Assembly: GCA_965204805.1 (NCBI GenBank)
Contig: OZ242013.1
Coordinates: forward strand, 1,103,330-1,167,329
Length of the DNA: 64,000 bases
Source: Dehalococcoidia bacterium
Lineage (GTDB): Bacteria > Chloroflexota > Dehalococcoidia > Lucifugimonadales > UBA3495
Direction: 5' to 3'
The number at the start of each line of letters is the position of its first letter. Position 1 is the stretch's first letter. The translations under genes were made by a program, and so were the position numbers. Under the pieces are notes generated by a model. It was not told the origin of the DNA. It saw nothing but the letters and a program-made list of their open reading frames with translations, and did not search any database. Positions 57,191-64,000 of this stretch are shown piece by piece.

Positions 57191-57276
57191 GAGGACAACC
57201 GCTCCCAAAGGACCAACGGAACCAACCAGCGCGAAACCACGGCCCTGAACGGGCCCACCACTCAAGAGAGAAGGAA

Positions 57277-58404
57277 ATGAACAAGCAGAAGCCTCTCGCT
57301 CTGCTGATGGTCACCATTGCCATCCTTATGCTCGCAATAGCATGCGGCAGCAGCGACAACACAACCACTACCCCAAATCAGGGGGTAACCACTCAACCCG
57401 TCACCCAAACAACGGCGCCGCCGGCGACCGAACCCTCTACACCCACCGAGGCCAACCCAGCATCCCCGACTACCCAAGCCGAAGCCACCGCCACACAGAC
57501 GCTGGCAACCCCCGCGTCCACACCTTGGCCCACACCCCTGCCCACCAGGACCATAGCACCGACACCCAGAAACCCAGACCAGCCAGCCGAAACCGCAACC
57601 GCGGTAGCGCCACCGCCCACCGAACCGGCACAGGAAACCCAAACCACCGACCTACAAACTCCAGCTGTCACCGTCCCGCTGCCAGTCTATGACGGGTCAT
57701 CACCATTGATCCACGCCTACGTGGAGGAACCCTTCATACTCTTCGAGGGCACCCCAGGCGCGACAATCACACTCCCCATCAAGGGCCTAACCCAAGACGG
57801 ACAACACGTCTCGATAGAAGACCCCACAAAGTGGGGCATCACCTTCAAAACCCGCGAAAAAACCCACCCCAACGACGACCTCTACACATTCGATGAAAGC
57901 GGCACCTTCACCGTCGGCACAAACCCCAAATCCTCCGCCACCCTTGAATTCAACCTCCGCGACCACGCATTTCACGTCACTGTGTTCCACCCCACCAAAG
58001 AGCACCTACAAACCCCAGTCGTAATAGACAGGTCAAACCCAGCCACAGGCACCGAATGCTGGCTGGCAAACGCCACCTCCTACATCACCATGGACCTCAA
58101 CTGGTTCTTCATAACCTTCGACGACCCCGCCCTAGAGCCAGCTTTAGAACAGCTGGCACTCTCAACCGGATCCAAGCCCCATGGCACCCATTACTTTGAC
58201 AAGATCAAACGACAGTACACAGAAGGTTTCAAAAACGGTGAACAACCCCTCTACCTCATCCAATTCTCGCCCGGCACATGCCCCGAACCCCAAGACACGC
58301 TGAACGCGGTCAGACAATGGGCCCAGACGCCAGGAGTGACCGGAATCAGGCACATCCGCCCCGATTACCAGCCGTTCATCTTCCTACGCCGGGACAAGAG
58401 ATAA
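57277..58404 (+). CDS. lipoprotein paralogue 2
   Basis: 375 aa. The signal/lipobox and parts of the linker are near-identical to paralogue 1, while the C-terminal domain has diverged. Confidence 0.7.
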   Translation: MNKQKPLALLMVTIAILMLAIACGSSDNTTTTPNQGVTTQPVTQTTAPPATEPSTPTEANPASPTTQAEATATQTLATPASTPWPTPLPTRTIAPTPRNPDQPAETATAVAPPPTEPAQETQTTDLQTPAVTVPLPVYDGSSPLIHAYVEEPFILFEGTPGATITLPIKGLTQDGQHVSIEDPTKWGITFKTREKTHPNDDLYTFDESGTFTVGTNPKSSATLEFNLRDHAFHVTVFHPTKEHLQTPVVIDRSNPATGTECWLANATSYITMDLNWFFITFDDPALEPALEQLALSTGSKPHGTHYFDKIKRQYTEGFKNGEQPLYLIQFSPGTCPEPQDTLNAVRQWAQTPGVTGIRHIRPDYQPFIFLRRDKR

Positions 58405-58407
58405 CCC

Positions 58408-58435
58408 ACAGGGGGCCTAACAGGCCCCCTCTCCA
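58408..58435 (+). terminator. terminator-like hairpin after lipoprotein gene 2
   Basis: GGGGGCC-taaca-GGCCCCC at 58411-58429. The U-tract is weak (TCTCC). Confidence 0.35.
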
Positions 58436-58604
58436 TCACTCCCCACAACCCCCCGGCCGGCCTCCGGCCTCCGGCCGCTGCCCCCTCAATAAACCGCTTC
58501 ACCAGCCCCATCCCTTATTACAAACCATCCCCATAACCCCCACACCACCCCCCGGCCGAGGTCCCATAAACACATCCAAAGCACGAAAATTCGCCCTAGC
58601 CGGC

Positions 58605-58901
58605 ATGGTTGCAATCGCCCTCCTCACCGGCGCAGCCTCCGCCGCGCTCTCCATCATCCCCGGTCCCGCATCCCCACAGGAAGCGCAGGAGATCCTGACA
58701 AACAACGAACAAGACGGACCAAAGGTCCTCATCACCGAGTTCGCAGACTTCAACTGCCGCTTCTGCGCCAAATTCGCCCTAGCCTACTACCCCAGGCTCA
58801 GGGAAGACTACCAACCCAACCCCAACGTGGAGTTCCACTTCCGGCACTACCCTTTCCTAGATGACACCTCATGGGACGCAGCCAATTTTCATGGTCGTTG
58901 A
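58605..58901 (+). pseudogene. DsbA/thioredoxin-like thiol:disulfide oxidoreductase, 3'-truncated by the IS21 end
   Basis: A TM/signal anchor, then ..VLITEFADFNCRFCAKF.. (CxxC). The reading frame runs into the IS21 terminal repeats and stops after ~98 codons. Confidence 0.6.
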
Positions 58902-59400
58902 CCGAAATTTTCACGGTCATTGACCCCTCTGGAAGCACGGTGGTGTCTTGCGGTCAATCACCTCCTAACCGGCTCCCAGCAGTGCCCGGTGCGGCGACTG
59001 CAGTTCCTGGTAGCTGGCGCCTTCAATGACTATCTGATAGCTGGCGTTGGCAAGCCGGTCCAGGGGGCTGTTGCCGAGGGTAGGGTCGCCAAAGAGACTC
59101 AGCCATTCGTCCACGTCCCGGTGCCGTTTGAGGACCAGCTCGTATAGATTGGCGGACTGCTGGGCAGTGAGCCGGTGCAAGCCCAGATGGTCCAGGATGA
59201 GCAGGTCCGGCGACAGGAAGGACCGGAAGGTGCGGTCCACCGAATTGTCGACCCTGGCCTGGGCCATGACCTTGAAAAGGTCGTCGGCGTGAACGAAACG
59301 CGCGGTGTGTCCGGCTCGGATACGAAGAGCGGCGCTAAAGTGTCCCAGGCGGCGGATCGACCGACTGGCCTTCGACACCCCTGTGTTCCATGATGTTGCC
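58884..59400 (-). mobile_element. IS21-family right-end stump (terminal repeats plus a decayed istB); istA is absent
   Basis: Two 20-bp direct repeats, AATTTTCATGGTCGTTGACC (58884) and AATTTTCACGGTCATTGACC (58906), as in the multi-repeat IS21 ends. ORF 58965-59417 (-) reads ..AGHTARFVHADDLFKVMAQA..DLLILDHLG..FGDPTLGNSPLDRLANASYQIVIEGASY (IstB) with an internal deletion and a degenerate Walker A. Confidence 0.65.
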
Positions 59401-59524
59401 GCCATTGACAAACGCAATCGCGTCCGCCGGACTCCAGATCTACAACTACACGATCCGCTCCTCCATCACCCTGATGTGTGCACTACCCAGCGACACCAGG
59501 TTCGTCGGCAACACCGACCTCCCC

Positions 59525-61990
59525 ATGGAGGAACAGGACTCCGCGACCGGCACGGTCATCGACCCCGCCGCCGACGGCGACAAGGTCGCCAAACGCTTCG
59601 GTGCCTTCTGCATCTCCGAGGGAGCCGGCGCATACCCCGTGACATCCTCAGACGGCAAGCTCAACATCGCCGACGGCCTCACGGCCAACGTGGCCATCCA
59701 CGATACCGGCGGCGCAGGCGACGGCATGGCCGCCGCCACCATGAGCTTCGCAAAGAAGTGGATGAAGGCCTGGGGCATCACCACACGCCTCAGCAAGGTA
59801 TTCGCCTTCTACGCCCAGGTCGTAACCAAGGACTACTATTTCAAGGGCGTAGTCGTAATCCACCGCGACCACCTGTACCCCGGCCCCGAGGGAACCGACA
59901 TCGTCTTCGACGAGGCCTCCCTCAGCCGCCAGGTGCTCTCCAACAAGTGGACCTTCGGCAAAATGCTCCCCATCCGCGTGTCCGACGACGACACCGGCAT
60001 GTGCCAGATCGAGTACCTCATGCAGGGCGAGACGTTCACTTCGTTCACCGACCCGAACGAGACCGCCCCCAAGATGCTCGAAATGGCCAAGCTCCTCGAC
60101 AAACGCTTCTACCGGCAGGCCCGCAAGGACCACCGGGAGCTGATGGAGAGCGAGCGGAACCGGCAGGACGGCTACATGAAGTGGGACATCGACGAGCTGG
60201 ATAACGAGACCCTCTATTGGGAAATCCAGCCCGACGACATAAACGTCCACCTCTCCCGCGCCCGCAGCCGCAGCGACTCCGACCGGATGGTCAACATCTC
60301 CCTGGCCGCCAGCCACCACAGCCCCTTCGTGAGCCCGCACGCCACGTCGAGGCTCATTGGCAGGATGGCAGCCACCTGGCGTTCCAAGAAGCTCCGGCCC
60401 AAGCGCGGCAAGAACACCACCCTGCCAATGCTCATGGTGCATGGCCGCGAAGTAACACTGGCCCACTGGTTCTACGCCGGCATCCCCGAGCCGCCTCCGG
60501 GCTATATCGCCCTGGTCTGGTGGCACGGAAAGCCCGTCATGGGCGTGCCCAACGAGAACGACTTCCACGCCAAGGGCCGGGCCATGGATACCTGGGACAA
60601 CGACTCGGACAAGTTGACCCTCGCCTGGCTCCAGGACGGAGAAACCCACGGAGCACTCACCCTCAGGCGCCCAATGTCCGTGGACGGCGGCACCTGGATG
60701 AAACTCCTGGACTCCGACGTGGAACGCATCAGCGCCATCGACGGCTGGAACCAGAAAACAGGCCACCACCGCTGGGAGGGCCTCTACGACGTGGACAAGG
60801 ACGGCAACCCCCTCCGGCCCTCCGTCGTAGCACCCGTGCCCTTCGAATCGAAGGACGCCTGGAACAGCGACATCTAGGATCCCGCAGACGTCCTGAAATT
60901 CCTCATGGCACGGAACAAGTACGCCGGGGCCATCGGCATGGCCTCCAACTATGCCGCCAACCTCGACATGGCCGGCGCCTTCGACCCCGACAGACACCTC
61001 TTCTGTCTCTCCGAAGACGTCATCGACGGCAACGGCATCCCTGAGAATCTCCTCGAGCACCTGCGAAAGGAGGTCTATCAGACCGCCCGAACCAACGCCA
61101 TGTGTCCCTGCGTCTGGAACCGCGTCGCCGGTGAAATGTCCCGGATACACCGGGAGACCACCGAAGACCGCTGGGCCCAGCTCACCGTGTCAACCAAGTG
61201 CCCCGAGCACCACGGCCTCTACCACAAGTGGTCCGGTCAGGCCGTCGATTACCTCGAGAACAAGCTCCAGCTCAGGCAGCTGTGCGCCAACGGCCCCCTC
61301 GACCGGCTCACCCAGGAGCACGACGAGCTCCTGACTGCCATCGTCAGGGAAGCCTTCGCCAAGCGGAACGCCGCCTGGCGCAAATGCGTCAGTGAGGAGG
61401 AGGCCCTCAGACAGGACCCCGATACCCCGGACTTCGTTCTGGACAGCCTCCGGGCCCAGGCCATCGAACTGGCCCACAAGACGGAACTCCAGGCCGCAAG
61501 CGAGGCCTTCGACAAGGCCCAGGCACTCCCTGAGTACGAGTACGGAGACTTCACCAACGTCTGGTTCCAACTGGAACTCAACTGCCGCAGGCGGTTCAAG
61601 AAAGGGCCCTTGCCCGCTCCCATAACCGTCATGGCCCTCAGCAACCTGCCCCAGGAGGAACACCTGGGCTTCTACGCCAGCGGACCCTCGGTGGCCACCG
61701 CCATCGTCCGCACCATGGAAGCCCCCCGGGAAGCCCGCCAGAAGGGCGTCAAGCCCGGGACCACCTTCAAGATCGCCAAGGACGGCAGCAACTGGTACTG
61801 GCTCTGCCGCCCCGACGGGACGAAGGTGACCCGCATACGCGCCGACGCCAAGGCCTACCTGAACATGCGGCTGGAGGCCGTCGGGTTCCTGCCCGACTTC
61901 CAGGCCCCCGAATGCAACCAGGTACAGCTTCCCCCCGACCAGGACGAAGGACCCAGCTACACGCTGGCCCTGAAAATCCTGGGCGCATAG
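59525..61990 (+). pseudogene. single reading frame interrupted by one in-frame TAG (60875-60877); motif order resembles two-barrel RDR/YonO-type RNA polymerases (hypothesis)
   Basis: ORFs 59390-60877 and 60905-61990 are in the same frame, and 60878-60904 is open. Motifs in order: FCISEGAG, AFYAQVVTKDYYFKGVVVIHRD, MDTWDNDSDKLTLAW (60596-60610 encodes DNDSD), then after the TAG LKFLMARNKYAGAIGMASNY. The first ~45 codons of the track ORF overlap the antisense istB stump, so ATG 59525 is preferred. Confidence 0.4.
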
Positions 61991-62167
61991 CCCGAATGGA
62001 CTGACCCAGGGGCGCGGCGTCTGCCGCGCCCCCACCCGGGTACTGAACTCAGGGAAACAACCCTGGCTTTGACACTAGGTCCCCACGCTTCCGCGCAGCC
62101 GGACACGACGACTGCGCCGGAGGCGCCGTTGTCGACGTCCAAGCAAATTCGATAACGGAGACGGACC

Positions 62168-62755
62168 ATGATTCCCAAGATCAAACGACTCGCCAAAGCG
62201 CTTTACCAAGCACTGAGGCACCCCTGCCGAACCGGTTCCGAAATCCGGGACGGACTCACGAGGAGGTTCACAGCCTCCTTCACAGCCACAGTCGACTACC
62301 TAGTGGGTCGCACCGTCTGGCTGGACATCCAAGACAACCAGGGAGCCTATCATCTGCCCAAAATCGCAAGGCCAATATTCTTCGTAGGAATACTCCTGGC
62401 CACACCGACTGCGGCAGTGATCTTCTCCATCTGGTTGACCAAGCAAATACAATCGGGCAAAGAATTCAGCAAAATTGTCGAAGACGGAGCTATAATCCCT
62501 CCTGGCCTCTTGGCCGGAACGATCTTCGCAGCCCTGCTGTTTTCAGTAACCCTCCACATCTTCTTTGGGGGTCTTGCAATGCTAGGTATCCTTCTCAGGA
62601 AGCTCGAGGCCGCCACACGGCCTGAGCGAGACAAAACCATCCAACAGCAAAACGAAACCATCGAGGACCAGCACCAAACCATCGAGGGACAGAACGACAC
62701 CATCGAGGTCCTCAGGAACCAGATCAGGCGCTCCGGTCAGGAACCCGAGGCATAG
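62168..62755 (+). CDS. membrane protein with a C-terminal Q/N-x-TIE repeat tail
   Basis: 195 aa. 3-4 hydrophobic spans, then ..QNETIEDQHQTIEGQNDTIEVLRNQ encoded by three 18-nt tandem units (ACCATCGAGG core) at about 62650-62705. Confidence 0.55.
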   Translation: MIPKIKRLAKALYQALRHPCRTGSEIRDGLTRRFTASFTATVDYLVGRTVWLDIQDNQGAYHLPKIARPIFFVGILLATPTAAVIFSIWLTKQIQSGKEFSKIVEDGAIIPPGLLAGTIFAALLFSVTLHIFFGGLAMLGILLRKLEAATRPERDKTIQQQNETIEDQHQTIEGQNDTIEVLRNQIRRSGQEPEA

Positions 62756-62786
62756 CTAGGTCAACCTGACCAACGGACAAGCCTAA

Positions 62787-62832
62787 GTCTCCCGCGGAAG
62801 CGTACCCTGAATCAGCACCCAAGACCCGGCAG
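62787..62832 (+). repeat. 46-nt repeat, copy B
   Basis: GTCTCCCGCGGAAGCGTACCCTGAATCAGCACCCAAGACCCGGCAG. Its 3' end forms the left arm of the terminator hairpin. Confidence 0.8.
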
Positions 62833-62856
62833 CCCACAAGCTGCCGGGTCTTTTTA
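62823..62856 (+). terminator. rho-independent terminator
   Basis: GACCCGGCAGC-ccacaa-GCTGCCGGGTC followed by TTTTT. Confidence 0.8.
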
Positions 62857-62887
62857 TGTCAACAACCCTCCACAACATGGAGCCACC

Positions 62888-63550
62888 ATGCTATTCATGC
62901 TCGCCAAGGCCGCAGGCATAATAACCATCGCCATAGGCGCCCTCTATTACGGCATGGCCGCCTGCGTCAACTACGCCCACGACGCCCTCGACCAGGGCGA
63001 ACCCGCCACCCTTCCCCCACAGATCCAGCCATACATGCCCGAAAGACTGGGCAACGACCCCGAACATCCCGTCGCCCGGCTCCTCGAAATCGACCAGTGT
63101 CACACCGCCAACTGGGTCCCCGACACCCCTGAAATAACCTTCCAGGTCCAGCGAATCATTGACGGCGACACCATCCTCGCCCACACGTCCGAACAACGAG
63201 ACCAGCGCCTCCGCCTCTGGGGCATCGACGCCCCCGAATCCGACCAGCCCCACGGCCCGGAAGCCACCGCCCGCCTACAGGCCCTCGTACCCACCGGGAA
63301 GATGGTCAAAGCCCGCAACATGGGCCTCGACAAGTACGAGCGCATCCTCGTGGTAATCGGCGAAGACAACGAACTGCCAGTCAACTGGACCATGGTAATG
63401 ACCGGCAACGCCCACCATTACGACTTCGGAGACTCCGCCGGAGACCCCTGCCTCACCCAAGCCCAGAAGACCGCTCAGGCCTCCTACGCCGGCCTATGGC
63501 TCGATGAAAACCCCACCCCGCCCCACGAATGGCGCCGGTCAAATCCCTGA
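62888..63550 (+). CDS. membrane-anchored staphylococcal-nuclease (SNase/thermonuclease)-like protein
   Basis: 220 aa. An N-terminal TM, then ..VQRIIDGDTILAH..RLRLWGIDAPES..ARNMGLDKYERILVV.. is the SNase catalytic pattern. Confidence 0.75.
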   Translation: MLFMLAKAAGIITIAIGALYYGMAACVNYAHDALDQGEPATLPPQIQPYMPERLGNDPEHPVARLLEIDQCHTANWVPDTPEITFQVQRIIDGDTILAHTSEQRDQRLRLWGIDAPESDQPHGPEATARLQALVPTGKMVKARNMGLDKYERILVVIGEDNELPVNWTMVMTGNAHHYDFGDSAGDPCLTQAQKTAQASYAGLWLDENPTPPHEWRRSNP

Positions 63551-63991
63551 ACCGTCACCGCCCCAACTGCCCAGGTAAACCCTGCGCCCGTACATCGACC
63601 AGCACTCCGAGTTCCCGGCAGGCCCGAAACGGCGCAAACGCTCCATCGTCGTCGTCAACATCAACAGGCCACCCGTCCTGCCCACCTCGTGAAACACCTG
63701 CTCAACCTCATCGTTCCACACCACGATCAGAAGCGGCCACCGCTCTCTGCGGTCTCCGGCCAGATAACCCTTCAACTTGCGTTCCGCCCTGAAACTGCCC
63801 CGCACATACCGCTCATACTCCACAAAGTGCCACCCAGGCCCGAACGGCCCGTCACTCACGTATACCATCGCGTCCGGCACAATCGCCCCACCCTCCAAAC
63901 CCTCCCACCACCGCCAACCCGCGCACGTCGCCAGACCACCCTGGTTAAAACCCCCCACCATCTCCATAACCCCGTCCTCATGCGTCGCCAA
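63539..63991 (-). CDS. replication-relaxation-family-like protein (N-terminus may extend past the window end)
   Basis: ..IVPDAMVYVSDGPFGPGWHFVEYERYVRGSFRAERKLKGY..WPLLIVVWNDE.. resembles the PDA..F.EyDrgTe..KL..Y core of that family (from memory). Confidence 0.45.
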   Translation of the reverse strand: MATHEDGVMEMVGGFNQGGLATCAGWRWWEGLEGGAIVPDAMVYVSDGPFGPGWHFVEYERYVRGSFRAERKLKGYLAGDRRERWPLLIVVWNDEVEQVFHEVGRTGGLLMLTTTMERLRRFGPAGNSECWSMYGRRVYLGSWGGDGSGI

Positions 63992-64000
63992 CCGGCGCGC

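Noticed and set aside
59390-59524. N-terminal 45 codons of the 495-aa track ORF
   Set aside because: This stretch is the antisense of the decayed istB remnant and is unlikely to be native coding sequence. ATG at 59525 is a safer start, though the true N-terminus may be lost.

Overview
This is a high-G+C bacterial window. I saw no rRNA, tRNA or CRISPR array. Every functional call below is motif recognition by eye on the supplied translations or my own hand translations. No searches or statistics were run.

Layout:
- 1-17.1 kb: ordinary chromosome. Genes are a partial SF2 helicase, a cyclase-family protein, hisS, a ketopantoate-reductase-like gene, a family III CoA-transferase, a gamma-CA-like protein, a DedA/VTT membrane protein and an alpha/beta hydrolase. 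A clpC-hspR-dnaJ-like heat-shock operon with a HAIR-like operator follows. Then comes a plus-strand nitrate-assimilation cluster: PII, a small sulfite-oxidase-family Moco protein, narK, nirA, PII.
- 17.2-20.5 kb: IS graveyard, holding an IS110 stump, an intact frameshifting IS630, a truncated IS630 and a gutted IS1182.
- 21.2-24.2 kb: core genes again (glcG-like, hisF, HAD, hisIE).
- 24.26 kb to the end: everything looks accessory.
  - First come a decayed IS701 with a 4-bp TSD, then resolvase fragments.
  - A tyrosine-integrase element spans about 28-47.2 kb. Its co-oriented defence island holds a fused nuclease-MTase-TRD enzyme, a HEPN-motif protein, Septu PtuA/PtuB, a duplicated 5' stump of the fused enzyme, and a GHKL-ATPase/PD-ExK nuclease with its MTase. 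Its backbone holds CI/Cro/Xis-like genes, a Toprim primase-like gene, a RepA-like ATPase, a 598-aa unknown and three iterons.
  - After the element come a decayed IS1380 and a NERD-UvrD-NERD module.
  - Next are a 1.9-kb gene-poor repeat-rich stretch, two tandem lipoprotein paralogues each preceded by a conserved 15-codon uORF, and an IS21 stump.
  - The last module is an ~820-aa reading frame cut by a single in-frame TAG, followed by a membrane protein, an SNase-like nuclease and a replication-relaxation-like gene.

The two candidates I rate highest are the TAG-interrupted frame, whose motif order resembles RDR/YonO two-barrel RNA polymerases, and the uncharacterised HEPN-motif cassette next to Septu.
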